NCBI RefSeq assembly: GCF_963676685.1
Contig: NC_092350.1
Coordinates: 46,934,001-46,998,000 of the forward strand
Source of the DNA: Mytilus edulis
Taxonomy: Eukaryota
Length of the DNA stretch: 64,000 nucleotides
Direction of reading: 5' to 3'
Below, in pieces: positions 1 through 14,107 of this stretch; the stretch's first letter is position 1; each line of letters begins with the position of its first letter. The notes beneath the pieces were generated by a model. That model made no database searches. It saw nothing but the letters and a program-made list of their open reading frames with translations, and was not told where the DNA came from. A program made the position numbers and the translations under genes.

Positions 1-21
1 AAATCCGATTTACTTCTTTCA

Positions 22-1712
22 CTACTTTACACTAAACAAAAAAGCGCGGTCCTGTTTGTTTGCCACCAGTAGTGAGTTTGTTGACTGGTTATAATGCAAT
101 GCCTGTGGATTAGTTAGACCTACAGTGGAAGATATAATTTGCCTGTAATGTTTTCCGTCATGCGAAATAACCACTACATTGTTTGAACTAGTCCCCACTA
201 CGTATACATTTCCATCGTTGTCTACGGAGATACCTTGGGGATATTTTAAAACGTTTTCCTCCTTGAATTCCCATTGTAACTGTCCTTCGAAATCACTGCA
301 TGTAACTGTGTTGCTGTCTGGGTTTGTATAAAACAGGTGTTTATCAAACGTTGATACATATGGATATCCCCAATTACAAAGTGGTCCGAATTTTATTGAA
401 CCTTTTGTATGGTTATTTAAATCAATCGTCCAAAACTTTATTGCCTGAACAATATATTAATGTTCCGTCGTTTGTTAGCACTACACCTGTATTTTCTGAT
501 CCAACATCAAACTTTGTGGTTACTTTTCTTTGATCTATGTCAATGCATTTGATGATATACGGTCTAAAGTAACAACCAGCAGTAACAGCAACTTTATTGT
601 TACCTATGTACACCATATCAAAACATTTACCTTGTTTTATTTCAAAGTCTTTTGTACCATCTTTGTTTATTCCTATAACTTTTTGTTGATTGTTACAAGT
701 AAACATCATCCTCCCATCAGGTATAATGGTACATCCTCTGATCTTTCTTGCATCGACGATGACTATCATTTCTAACATTAGTGTCAGGTTTTCAATTGTC
801 TTTGGTGACTGAACAAAACTCATCTGTTGAGCCTGTTAATCCTTCTGCCTACTTATCATAAGTTTGTTCGGCTCATTAACAACAATTATTTCTCCAAAGG
901 ATTCTATATTAATCGGAGTATTCTGTAAAATCGTTTCAATTTTCAAAGACATTTGTGGATGATTCAATTTTCCGTTTTTAATTATCGATTGAACGAAATG
1001 CTCTTGCTTTGCTAAATCGCGTTCCATTTCTTTTGCTGCAAGGAATGTTTGCATTTCGGATGCATATTGCTTAATGTTCAATAAACAAGCTTTGAATTCT
1101 TCAATTTCTTTTTCCTTATTCTCCAATTCACTCAGTAGCTGACGAATTTTCTGATTCTCTGTATCCTCTGTTGCATCAAGATCTCTCAGAACTGCCTGAT
1201 GGAGTTTGTCTAGGTGATTATTAATTGATGTTTTAGCTTTTTGAATCTCAATTTTGATGTTCTTCTTTTGTTCTTTATAGACGCTAAATTTTCTTCACGG
1301 TCTTTTCGAATTCTTTGGATATGGGTTTTAACCTCGTTCAGAGTCTTCTCGATATCTTTGAATACATTTGAAGACTTAATACCTTTTATGACATCATCTA
1401 TATCTTTTAAATCATCCCTTTTATTGTGATCCTCAACTACGCAACGTTTACAGCATGGACAATCATGCGTCTTACAGAATATTTGATACTTTTGATCATG
1501 TTTCTGGCAGGACTGTAAAATTTGAACGTTGCTTGGTAACTTCCGGTACTCAGCTATCGTCACGGTTTCATGATTACATGTTCCTTTGGATAAAGTGTGA
1601 TGGTTCTTACAATAATCACAGAGGCCTTCCTCACAATCTGAACACCAGATGACTGACTGTTTACTGATATTGCGTAGTTCACAAACTCCACAAACTAACC
1701 AGTTGCTTGCAA
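22..1712 (-). pseudogene. Full-length TRIM-like (B-box/coiled-coil/NHL propeller) pseudogene, paralog of 23517-25214
   Basis: ORFs 1210-1563, 836-1126 and 422-823 are collinear pieces of the 565-aa protein (CQKHDQKYQIFCKTHDCPCCKRC; KQYASEMQTFLA; GCTIIPDGRMMFTC). The start codon reads ATT, there is a premature TAA at 836-838, and frameshifts lie near 1605, 1260 and 430. The homologous TAG stop is at 22-24. Confidence 0.9.
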
Positions 1713-2006
1713 TTACTCTGAAAAATACCTTTTTTTAGTTTAATTGAATTTTTAATATTAAATTGTAAATGATAATGTTTCGCATTCACCTGCAGTGATC
1801 AACAGTTAGAAATCTGTAAATGTTCGATAATGATTGACCAATGAAACGGAGTTGTAGAATATGAAGTATGCGCAAAAATGTTTACATGACAAGATCTCTT
1901 CAATCGTTCTCATCCTCCTTTTTGTGCACTATATCAAGGTCGTCATGAAAAAATATAGAGTAAAACATATGACAAGAAGTTTGTTTGATATAACATAATT
2001 ATTTTT

Positions 2007-2218
2007 CGAATAACTAAGGATTTTATTATCCCAGGAATAGATTACCTTAGCCTTATTTGACACAATTTTTTTGAATTTTGGGTCTTCAATGCTCTTTAAC
2101 TTTGTGATTGTTTGACTTTATCACTATTTTGATCTGAGCTTCGCTGATGATTCTTATGTAGACAAAACGGGCGACTGGCGGACTTAATTAATATCCTGGT
2201 ACCTTTGATAACTATTTA
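2007..2218 (+). mobile_element. Retrozyme-like/Penelope terminal repeat copy with a decayed hammerhead ribozyme
   Basis: Homologous to 17814-17992 and 20405-20622. CTGATGA is at 2144-2150, but GAAA has become AAAA and the GTC cleavage triplet has become GAC. Confidence 0.7.
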
Positions 2219-4759
2219 CGACTGGGTGTTAGTGTTATTAATCTTAACATTCATTTTAATTAGGTATCATGCATCATATCACTTACTTCTGTTTTGGCTA
2301 AAAGCAAAACAAACAAAACATACACATTTTATTATACAGTGAGTACTCTAAGTGTTTATAAAATAAATGGTTTTGTACGGGTTCACACATTCTAAAACAT
2401 AAAGCTTTTGAAACATAAAAAAGCAAACAGATATAGGAAGATGTGGTGTGAGTGCCAATGAATATATGTCTAAATAAAACACCAAAACATCGACATTAGA
2501 AAAGCATTTAATTTAATATTCCAGACGCAACGAAAACATATGACAAAACAAATAAAGTATAAAGTTTAACAGCATAATTTTTTTTTATATACTATCATAA
2601 TTTATATAAAAGTCATAAAATTAGTTTTTAACTAATAATAGAGAATTTACAGTACTGTAAACCCTGTAGTAGAAAAAGGCGAATTAACTTATAAATTAAA
2701 TTTAGTTGCCCCACCTCTGAGATGGTTTGTCAGATTTGGAGTCTTTCTCAAACAATGCATTAGAAATACAAATGTATATACATGTAGGTTCACGATATTC
2801 ATACCATACTCGTAATAGACCTTTTCAACAATTGTCTACACATACAGTTGAAAAGATTTTATACAATTTAAAAAGACAGGGTCGTTCTGAAAAAAATGAA
2901 AATAATAGTATTGATCACCACTGATTTTATTGCTTTCATTGACAATGAAACAACTTGCCAAGAGAGATCAAATGACATAGAACTTTTAATATAGTATGAA
3001 GAAAAAATTATGGGCTCAAAGTCACATTTTATCTTTCTTTTCTACGTTGTGCTTCTTGCTATCCTGATGGAATAAGAAAAATGAAAAGAACAAAACATGT
3101 TTTATTGTAGTTGATGTTTAATTTAACAATGTCTTATGTCTGTTGAAAAACTTAAGGGAAGCATATGTCTGTACAATGTCTGTTAGTTTTTACCTTTGGT
3201 GTCACCATAATGTACTCTATAATTTGTATCTTTTTAATTCACCGATTTAAACTCTTATGCTAAGTTATTCCTGACTCTTTTAAAAAATATCCAACATGCT
3301 ATTTTCGGGAACGATGAAAGGACTCTACGACAAGCGGACAAGTATGTTGTTTTTCGGGACTCATACCAATATATCGGTCAATCAGTTCATTGAAACAAAA
3401 TAATTGAATAAGTCGTTGAACTCAGAATCCTTGCTTGGCAGTTTTCAAAAAGCCTTGCAATGACAACAAGCTCTATAGTAACTAACGAGTTGAAATTAAA
3501 ATTCCATACAGCAGGTATGTACTGCTTAAATGATGTTACATTTGAAGAGAAGTCAATTACATATATTTTTTCCTTATTCATCATGGAAAAAATCAACTTT
3601 AACCAAGTTTCTTGAAGCGGAGTAGTAGTCCCTCGTTGATAAAAAATAGTGATGTTATATTTTCCTTCGACCCTTGAAATCTATATGTTATTATCTTTTC
3701 CGAAATTTATTATGTACATCAACTAAGGTGAAGATCGGTTGAAATATACCAAGTCGATCGTGTTTACAAATGTTATACGGACGGAGTCGGACGTGTTTCA
3801 TTAATTGTGTTTCATAAATTTCACAAATTTCATAATTACTTTTACAATTTTTTTCTTAAAATGTCCTGTACCAAGTCAGGAAAATGGCAGTTTTTATCTT
3901 ATAGTTCGTTTCTGTGTATGTTGCATTGTCGTTTGTTTTTTGTTCACTTTTGTTTCTGTTGCTTTGTTAATTTCCTCTAATAGTTGATGTGTTTCCCTCG
4001 ATTTCAGTTTGTAACCCGGATTTGTTTTTGTCTCAATCGATTTAAAACTTTCAAACATCGGTATAATACTGTTGCCTTTGTTTATTTTATTTTTTTACAT
4101 CAATTCAACGTGAAATATCATGTAAATACATACCATTAGAAAAATACATGTACATGACAGAGAAATATATTCAATTATTTTTTTGGTTGATATTTCTTCT
4201 GTAGCTATATAGTCAAGACAGTGTATAACCGCCAATCGAATATGTATACGAAATGATAATCATGATGGATTCTGTCTTTGAGACGACCACTCCATTTTAC
4301 CTGTAAACTGTAGGTGTCATTAGTCGGCGTCCAGAGTGTTGAAAGGGTATATTACTAACTATCATGATCTTACTTTTGAGTATGTAAATGTTTATTTGTT
4401 GTAATGTTGTACATATGAATAAGAAGATTTTGTATGAGAGTCAATGAGACAACTGTCCGTCCAAGTCACAATGTATGAAAAGTTGATCATTATAGGTCTA
4501 AGTACGGCCTTCAACACAAAGACCACATCATAATGGAACCAAAATTATGGAAAACCTCAGCTGTAGTATATTAGAGATTTACATAACGTTATGCTGAAGC
4601 TTCCAATGTAAAGTTATTACAGCGTGATGATGAATTAAATCATCAAAATGAAAACTTTAAATAATAAAATGCTAAGTTCAATCTGCATTCTGTTGACTTG
4701 CACCTGCAAGTGTTGATGTTGTGAAAGCATCGTGTTAAGCCACGGTGTTATGATGATAT

Positions 4760-5710
4760 GCTTATAACACGTAACGTTGAGTTGAAACTACATATTGTTA
4801 AGTTGACATTACACGATGTTAACTAGATACTGGATAATGCTTCGACATACTTTTCGATTGCTAGGATAACAAATGAAACGAAAAGTTGAACTTCATGATG
4901 TTGACTTATTATTAATAAATGTAAGGCTAAGATATCACAACGTAATATCATTATAATGTCATGATAGGTTTATCATACTGTATGTAGACTTTAAACTACA
5001 CGATGTAAAGCTTAACTAGCATAATGTTATAGATAAGCTAATCATACAATATGCTCACTAGAAATAACACGACGTTAAGTTGAAAGTACGTGTTGTTGAG
5101 CTAGGATTGCACAATGTTATATCATTAGTATATCATGATAAGCTTACCATAAATACGCTTACTAGAAATTACACGACATAAAGTTGAAAGTACGTGTTGT
5201 TGAGCTAGGATTGCACGATCGTATATCATTATAATGTCCCGATAGGCTTACAATTTAATATGCTCAATAGAAATAACACGACGTAAAGTTGAAAGTATGT
5301 GTTGTTGAGCGAGGATTGCACGATGGTATAACATTATAATGTCCCGATAGGCTTACTTACAATTTAATATGCTCACCTGGAATTACAAGACGTACTGTTA
5401 AAACTACATGATGTTTAGTCTGAATAGCACGATGTTATGTCATCATATGTTACGGAGGTATAATCATATATTGGGATGACATAAAACGACAGGGCGTACA
5501 GTTGAAAGTTTTGAACGTTAAGTCTAGATAGCACGATGTCATGTCATTTAAATGTATCGATAGGCTTTTAAATCAATGAGTTGACTTAAAAGGACAGAAT
5601 ATACAGTTGAAAGTAGACGATGTTGAGCTTAGATATCACTATGTTATATCATTTTATGTCACGATAGGCTTATCAACCATTATTTTGACACGAAACGACA
5701 CGAAGGTGGA
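4760..5710. repeat. Degenerate minisatellite, ~21-bp subunits in a ~105-bp higher-order repeat
   Basis: AGTTGAAAGTAYGTGTTGTTGAGC recurs at about 5078, 5182 and 5287 (period 104-105). Each unit splits into five ~21-bp subunits. Confidence 0.75.
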
Positions 5711-6169
5711 AGAAAGGTCCGCTGATGTAGGACATGAGGTATCTTGCAAATAGTGCCCCATATGCGTAGTAATAATATGATATAGAAATAGAATAAACTA
5801 AAAATACACTATTCTACTTTCTATTTATACTGTAACAATACGGTACATGTAATACATGTAATATTATCATTTCAAAATTTAAAAAAGTTTTGAAATTTAG
5901 AATTTTTTTCCAAATAATTAAAACATCGTTTTTAGATTTGATAGTTTAGATATTTGATCAAACTTTAAAAGTACTCTTAACGTTCAGTTTTTGATTATTT
6001 CACTTTTTGAAAGTTTGATTTTTTTTTCTTTAGAAAAGGGGCGAAAAGAGGGTTACCTGTAAACTGCGAAACGAAAGCGGAACGAAACGAAACAAAATGA
6101 AATGCACAGCTACGGTTAATTTAAGAATGCATTAGGTGAATTGTATTTTCACGATTAATAAAAAAGAGA

Positions 6170-9100
6170 AAAGATCGCCAATGAGACAACTCTTCACAAG
6201 ACCAAATGACACAAAAAAAATCAACTATAGGTCATCGTACGGCCTTCAACAATGAGCAACGCCCATATACCGCATAGTCAGCTATAAAAGGCCCCGAAAT
6301 GACAATGTAAATCAATTCAAATGAGAAAACTAACGGCCAAATTAATGTACAAAAAATGAACGAAAAACAAATATGTAGCACATTAGCAAACGGCAAACAC
6401 TGAATTACAGGCTCCTGACTTGGAACAGGCACATACAGAAAATGTGGCGGTGTTAAACATGTAAGCGGAATCCCAACCCTCCCCTAACATGGGACAGTGG
6501 TGTAACATTACAAAATAAGAACGAGCTGTAAAAATCAGTAAAAAAAGGCTAAACTCATCAGATGGATACAAATCCAAATACTACACAGAGTGGACGTGGC
6601 AGGGTATATCCCAACGGCAAAAAGACACTAAGTACAGACCTTAGAGTACTCGCAGTTACTGACAGCTACTTCAAAGCCACTAACAACTAATAAAAAAATC
6701 TTGCATCTAAGACTGAATAATCAATCAGTACACATCCAACATCCCATGGATTTAGTGTAAAGACGTCATAAACAGTCAGGGAAAACATGACCTTGTGCAA
6801 TGCCAAGATACAGGTATCGACAGATTGAAGATCCATGAATGTGTAAATGTATACATGTATAGCAATAATATTTAGTTTGCTTTTAATTTAATGATAACTA
6901 AATAAATATTAATAATCAGAGAACAATTGAAGGTCTTTCCACTCAAATTCATGTAAATTAATATGAAAGTAGTAAAATTAGGTTCAAAATGTCATTACAA
7001 TCGTCAAATGATAGCTTATTATACGCTGATTCTAAAAATATATGGTTTCTATACAATTTTTTTATAAATAAAGGAGATAATTTGTTACTTCCGATTTTAA
7101 AAATGTTACTTCAGATTCTTATTGAATTTTTACTTGACACTGATTCCAAAAATATCTGGTTCTATATACTTTTATATTAATAAAGTACAAAAAATAGCTA
7201 CTTCCAGTTTACACAAGGTCACTTCCGGTTAGTTTTTACAAGGTTAAACGGTTTGAAACCTATTGCAAATTGTTCCATGGTTTATCATGTGTGCATATGA
7301 CGTAAAAGCAAAGGTCAAAATCTAGAACATCAAATTAAGCTATGACCTTGAAATCAATTTCAAGGTCATAAACCAAGGACCTCAAATCAAAAGACCATAG
7401 GGATAAATTATACTTTGTTAATGAGTTATATCACCATATGCGAATTTTTAAATACAAGAGGGGAGAAAACTCCATTTTACATTCAACGTAACCTTGCGAT
7501 CAAAATTTACGTGTAACGACATGTCGCAACTATTAATTTGGTAAAATTATTTGTCGATATCTTAAAGCTTTATTTAAAATAAGTGAAAATAAGCCCAAAT
7601 CAAAATTTAGAATATGACCTTAACCTTTGACCTTGACCTAATTTTAATTTTTTTGGACCAAGGACCTCAAATCAAAAAATCCTAGGTCTCTATCACTTAT
7701 AGTTTACAAGATAGAAATGCATATCACTTATATCAAATACATAAGGGGAAATAACTCCCATAGGTCAAAATAGGACACATCATGCAAAGGATATACCGAG
7801 CAATTTTGAAAAATAAATTTGTCGCTTTCTTTTACGGTTACGGAGGAGATGTGGACACAAGGAAAACAGTGTTTGGGAAGATAACTCTTACAACGAAAAT
7901 TGTTCGTCTTAGCATGGTGAAATTTAAAAGCGCATGAGCTATACAATACAATATGAGAAATATCTAAGCGACATTTTGCGAAATGAATATTTATCACAAG
8001 AACAATATTAATAAAAAAAAATAATCAAAAGAAAAACAGTAGGTCTTTCCACAATGATTTAATTACAGTGTTGAATTGGTAACCCTGTAGAATAAGTTTA
8101 TTTAAAGGATCGATAAGTTTACCAGGATCGTTTCTAAATTTCCAGGCACGGTAAACAACATTTCCGTAAAAATTAGGGTGTGCTATCCCGTAAGAAATAA
8201 GTTTTCTACAGAAACAACCAAACTTCAAAACCAAATCTTTACATTTATGGAAGGAATTTAGTAAAGATTTTAAGTAATTTTGGTAACGAAATCCCCGACT
8301 TTATAATTTACCAGTAATACATAGATATAACTTTCGTTGAAATGAAAAACGTCACAACAGACATGTGCATACCGAACGAGTTGTGAAATATAAACACCGT
8401 AAGATGGTGCCAAAGGAACGTCACCATCCAAAAAGGGAAAATTAATAACAGGGAAAGAACAATCGTCCCTTTTGTCGTAACTTTTAGTGTGGAGTTTCCC
8501 GTGTAAAACCGAAATGTCTAAATCTAGGAAAGGACAGTTATAACCGTTTAAATTTGATTTATTTAAAATAAGTTTCTATGGGAAAATTTCAGCAGTATAT
8601 TGAGAATATTCTTAATTATTAAACGAAAATATATCATCAAGATATATCAATTGAATGCAATTTAGACGGGTCTTTACTGAGTTTGGTCATAAACTTTGAT
8701 TCATAACAGTACAAAAACAAGTTTGCTATCAAAAGGGTGCAATAAGTGCCCATTGGAATACCAACAACATGTCGATAAACTTTGTTGCCGAAACGTACAT
8801 AAATAGTATTAATGAGAAAATTATCAGCTTCAATCGTTTCATCACACCTCCAGTAAGTATATCTAGAATATTTTCATTTCTCGTTAGAAAAAAGGCTTTA
8901 AATGAATTGCAGCAAATTTATTTGCATTCCGATTTACCAAACGTCCATCTAATTAAACAGGAAAACTTTTGTTTGATAAGATTGTGTGAAAGTGTAGTGT
9001 AAATAGTAGACAAGGCAAACATTAATCTTTAGTAATTCAACTTCTGCTGAGGAGTGCATTCACCATTTAATAAAGCGTAAAACATGATAGACATTATTTG

Positions 9101-9290
9101 ATTCATGTCAGAGTATTGTGTTCATTAAAAATTCTACTAGAATTGCTTTAACATGTTCAGTACAATAACGTCAATATATATCGCATCAAATCGATGAGTC
9201 ACACAAATACGGAATTAAGCATTTATAAAATCCTTAACATGGGCAAATAACCTCATCACAGATACCGAATTAAAATTTAAAAACATACAG
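6170..9290 (-). mobile_element. Decayed Penelope-like retroelement (RT remnant plus 3' region) with a nested Helentron
   Basis: Minus-strand translation near 8765 gives VVGIPMGTYCTLLIANLFLYCYE, with YGVYISQLVRY downstream. ORF 8025-8234 (GIAHPNFYGNVVY...PLNKLI) resembles ORF 36036-36269. 6170-6900 is a high-copy 3' repeat seen elsewhere in the window. Confidence 0.7.
6920..8050. mobile_element. Non-autonomous Helentron (HINE)-like insertion
   Basis: AGGTCTTTCCAC occurs at both ends. Internal TGACCTTGA-rich duplicated blocks are present (ACCAAGGACCTCAAATCAAAA at ~7371 and ~7657). It interrupts the RT remnant. Confidence 0.55.
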
Positions 9291-9920
9291 CTATATTTTA
9301 CTTTAAAATATTAATTACATTAGATAGACCTTACCACATTATCAGCCCAATTCTCTTCTCATTTATCAATCTTTATCAAGATAATTCAAACGTGAAATCC
9401 TATCAGTTTACGAATTGATAAATATAAACCTTATCTTACACATCATAGTTTTGAACTATGTTCTCCTGATTTAGCAACTCTTACAAGATCGAGCGTGATT
9501 GTTTATGATACTTGTCGGCGTACAGCCCCACCCTCTCATTCTTCGACTTTACTATGCTATACACATATTTGGCATCAATTGATAATTAAACTACTGCCAA
9601 ACTTAAACTAATGATACATCGTTTTGATATAATGATAACCCGTGAAAACATCAACTTGTTAAAGTTCAAAGTAAAAAAGGATATTAAACCAGTGTTCCAT
9701 TTATATTTTAAAATTATTGGTATAAACAAACATTCGTGAGACAGAAAACGAGCGCCATGTACGAACTCATAACAAAGAAAGACTATGTCTGTAAATAGGA
9801 AAACATCTGTTTGTAGTGTTAAAAATCTTTTGTTAATGTGAGATATTTCAACTAAATCTAAAACAACATGAAATGGAATAGTGAGATAGTGTTATTAAAT
9901 ACCATCCTGTATTATAAAAT

Positions 9921-11539
9921 ATATGAGACAATATCTGAAAAGATCTAATTTCCATGTTCCATCTTTCATCAGCATTTTTGTTTTTTATTCAGGCATCTTT
10001 TTGGAAAATTTTAAGCTTCAGTATCAACTAGAGTATATAATGCACCAACTGCACCAAATTTAACATTCTTTTTAATGTTGCTTCTAATAAGATTTTAATT
10101 TAAAGGGTCAACCCCCCAAAAATCATGTTGTCTCCTGTTATTTTCTGAAAATTAAATCATATAAAGAATATCTAAACAGCCTTCCGATTTTCGCAAATCT
10201 GATAGATTATATAAAACACTTCTCCATTACTGGTCTGATTTTGTTATAACTAAAGCAGGTAAGAAAATTTTGCATTTTTAAGAGTATTTTAAATGTTGTC
10301 CCCAGGGGTAATTTCCCTCCTGTTACCGCTGTTTTTTTTCACCTGTAAACACGTTTGAAAGACCCAAGTTGTATTTCTTGTAATGCAATGTGAAGAGCAT
10401 CAATTCCTGAATGTATGACTCCATATGTTTAGGTGAATAGCAGCCAGTTTGAAAAATCTGGACTCCCTAAAGATCAGAATTTGGAGAAAAATAATTTTGT
10501 TGTTCTTTCCTGTTTCAGCCTTTTTGTGTACCTTCTCAGAATAATACATTGTCAGCACTATTACAGTACACATGTGTTTTTATAGTATCTTATCAAATTA
10601 ATATGTAGATGGAATTAAACTTCTACACAATTCGAGTAAATGAACAAAAAGTACTGCGTAATTCCTTTCTGTTACGTTCCGTCATGTTACCTGATAAGAA
10701 GTAACAGCATAACCATTATCAGTAACATGAAGGATGTTCAAGACAATTTCACTGATGAATCAAAACATTAATCTACTATATGCCAATTATTTCATTTAAT
10801 ATAAGTTTTCATCACCATATTAAATAAATTTCAAAATAGTATACAGTATATTGAATGAAGAAATAGTTTTTTTTATTTTGATAACAGCAGAGAACATTGT
10901 GCAATTCTAGTATAGTAGATAGTACCAGAAAGGAATTTATTTTAGAATTTGTCATTACCTAGGCAGATTTTTCATCTTGCAAATACAGTTTCAAAGGATA
11001 AATGATATTGTTTGCTGTAATCTTCCAATTGTGATCAATCTGAAATGATGTATTTTTCTTAAACTATAAAATAAAGCATTTTTTTGAGAAAAAAATCCTT
11101 TCTGTTACCAACTCTGTCCTGTTACCGTTGTCCTGTTACTCAAGATTCTTTCATGTTACCGACATATTTGACTGTATTTTAGTATATTTCTAAACCCTTT
11201 GTATTGCAAATGCTAAAATCAATAATTGACATTTGATAAACTATTGCAGGATATACTAGTAAACTACAAATAGTGTCTTAAACTTATTCCTTATTCCTAT
11301 TAGAAACTTTTTAAAATTGATTCACTTTGGGAACAGGAAAGAACTGGATTTTTTTTTTGGAACCATTTTTAAAATTGCCATTGTTACCACCTTTAACAAT
11401 TGATAGAATTACAGACAACAGTTCCTAGATCCTCAATGTGTGTTCTTCGATTTGTGCTATTAAAATACCGGGTCTAAAGACATTTTTTGTTGTTTATTCT
11501 TATTGCCAAAAATTCGACTTTTTCAGATATTGTCTCATA
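9921..11539. mobile_element. Non-autonomous DNA transposon with ~20-bp TIRs and internal CTGTTAC motifs
   Basis: TATGAGACAATATCTGAAAA at ~9921 has its reverse complement TTTTCAGATATTGTCTCATA ending ~11539. The element is absent from the duplicated block at 14108-14880. Confidence 0.75.
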
Positions 11540-11811
11540 TAACAACTATTCAAGATTGATCATTCCGTTCATATACTCAGAGTTTTTTTGTTTTTTTTGT
11601 ATTTGGAACAAATTACAATTGTTGTTAAACACACACACTTATCCTTAGAAGAAAAGCATGCCTAAAAATGTTATAAAAAGTCTAAAGTTACACATCAATA
11701 CCTCTAATGGAATTTTTATGACAGTTTACAAATGTCATCAACATAGTTAATGCAGAAACTATTATGATAATTTTCGTACAACTTTTATTCAAGTCTGGTT
11801 TACTTATTGCG

Positions 11812-12230
11812 CTACTAAATATCATACAAAAATGCGCTGCCCATTCTGTTTGCCACCAGTAGTGAGTTTGTTGACTGATCATGATACAATACCTATAGAT
11901 AAAGTTTGTCTATGAGATTTACCATCGTTAGAGACAACTACAACATTGTTTGAATCGGTCCCCGCAACATGAACATTTCCCTCTTTGTCCATTGATATAT
12001 CTTTGGCCTTTTTAAAACGTCCCTTTCTCTGAATTCCCATTGTGTATTACCCTGGAAATCACGGCACGTCACCGTATCAAGGTAATCTTTTGTATATATA
12101 ATGTTGTTATTAAACTGTAACGTATGAATAGCTGCTATATCCAAATAGCCTGGATCTAAAAGTGCCTATTGATTCATTGCTTAAATTGATTGTCCTTAAT
12201 CCTGAAGCCCTTTCACCGTATATTTATTCC
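11812..12230 (-). pseudogene. TRIM-like propeller C-terminal remnant (copy 2)
   Basis: ORF 11938-12144 (NNIIYT...TVTCRDFQGNTQWEFRERDVLKRP) matches the C-terminus of the intact gene. It is frameshifted and internally deleted. Confidence 0.85.
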
Positions 12231-12582
12231 CTTCTTTGAACTGAATTCATAGATAAGAAGAACATAACGGTACATAATGATCAACACTGATAAAAAATCA
12301 AAACTATCATTGCAGTAATATATTGATACTAAACCGTTAATGAGTTGTTTTTATATTTATTTTCACATGTATTTTTTCAAACGGTATTTCTCTGATTTCC
12401 TTTGTGTGCAATCTTGTAACTAATATATACAACCATAGATGCATAAAGCCATTGGCTTTCCACACAAACGATTGCGTCACATTGATAAACGTTTTTGTTG
12501 AACACAACTATAAACTATACGACAAGACATATGCTGATAGTGTATGTACACATTTTATCAAAAAACAAATTTACGCCGTTCA

Positions 12583-12975
12583 CTATTTTATATCAAACAG
12601 AAACGCGCGACGCTATCTATTTGCAACAAGTAAAGAGTTTGTTGACTGATCATAATGCAATGCCAGTGGGGTGGTAAGACCTTCCGATGAAGATAAAATT
12701 TGTCTATGACGTTTTCCGTCATGTGAAATAACCACTACAGTGTTTGATTTGGTCCCCACTACGTCTACATTTCCATCGCTGTCTACGGAGATACCTTGAG
12801 GGCATTTTAAAACGCTTTCCTCTTTGAATTTCCATTATATGATGCCTTGGAAATCACTACATGTCACTATATTGTTATCAGGGTTTGTATATATAATATG
12901 TTTATCAAAACTTGGAACATATGAATAATTAATTAGACTCAAAGGTCCAGATCTTATTGAACCTTTTGCTCCGTT
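12583..12975 (-). pseudogene. TRIM-like propeller C-terminal remnant (copy 3)
   Basis: GSIRSGPLSLINYSYVPSFDKHIIYTNPDNNIVTCSDFQG. Nucleotide similarity to 23517-23900. Premature stop at 12835 and 5' truncation at a poly-C/poly-A tract. Confidence 0.88.
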
Positions 12976-14107
12976 ATATAACCCCCCCCCCCGAAAAAAA
13001 ACGAAAAAAAGAAGAAAAAAGCCAATCGAGAGTGGTATAAATATGTGTGTGACATGCACAATCAAACAGGCAGATCATTTATAGTTCAACAAAGCGTTAA
13101 CTATGGTCGAGAGATGAGTGCTATGTAGGCACAAAACTAGGTTCAACCCACTATTTTTTTTTAACTGTCATGAACCAAGTCAGGACAACATCAGTATTAT
13201 GTTATACATAGATATAGGTAGATGCGATATGAACGCCAAGGAGACAACTCTTCATCCAAATAACAATTTATAAAAGTAAAGCATTATAGTTCGTTTCTGT
13301 GTGTTTCATTGTCGTTTGGTTTACTTGTTGCACTTCAGTGTTTCTGTTGTTTCTTTGTTTTCAACTTATTGTTGAATTGTTTCCCTAAGTTTAAGTTTGT
13401 AACCCGGATTTGTTTTCCCTCAATCGATTGATGACTTTCGAACAGCAGTATACTACTGTTGACTTTATCTATGATTAGTAGTCATGCTCACCAAGACGCA
13501 ATCACCATTGTCCATGGCAAACCTTATAATTAACGTTTAACAGTTTAATTAACTTTTGAGGTGAATGCAGACATTTTGTGCTTTGTAAAGAATATTACCA
13601 TAAAAGATTTGATGTAAAATACGTATAAGATGTCTGGATGTTGCTTTATATTTACGAATGCTGTCCTTGTAACAATGATAAAAAGTAATTTTATTGACTA
13701 GTTAGCCTAACAGCATGAAAAACTCGGATTTGTTTTTTCTCTATCGATTTATGAATTTCGAACAGCGATATACTACTGTTGCCTTCATTTGTGATATCAA
13801 AAACCCTGGTGTGATAATGTTTCAGTAATACAGAGATTGAATATATACAAATAAGGACAAAACAATAACTTTGTTACAAAACTCGTTTCATGATCACTCA
13901 ACATTTCTAATTCTGACAGTTCTTTCTCGATGTATTTTATTTTGAATAGCAATAGTAGATGGTGGATAACTTCATTATGTATTTTAAAAAAAACCTCTTT
14001 ACACAGTAGTATAAATACTATGTATGCTATATTCAGAAAGTCAAAACAGTGAATCTTGTAAAGGATATAAGAATATAATGAATGAAATCAATCTTATTTT
14101 TAGGCAT

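Noticed and set aside
324-1652. Plus-strand ORFs over TRIM copies (also 12404-12677, 21225-21524, 24754-25281)
   Set aside because: Antisense shadows of the minus-strand TRIM sequence with no independent coding signal.
3290-3520. Coding-like stretch ending in a GTATGT donor
   Set aside because: In-frame stops in the frames I read, and no recognisable motif or partner exon.
4760-5710. CRISPR-like repeat array (also 15650-16200)
   Set aside because: Contiguous degenerate tandem units without unique spacers, eukaryotic context, and no cas genes.
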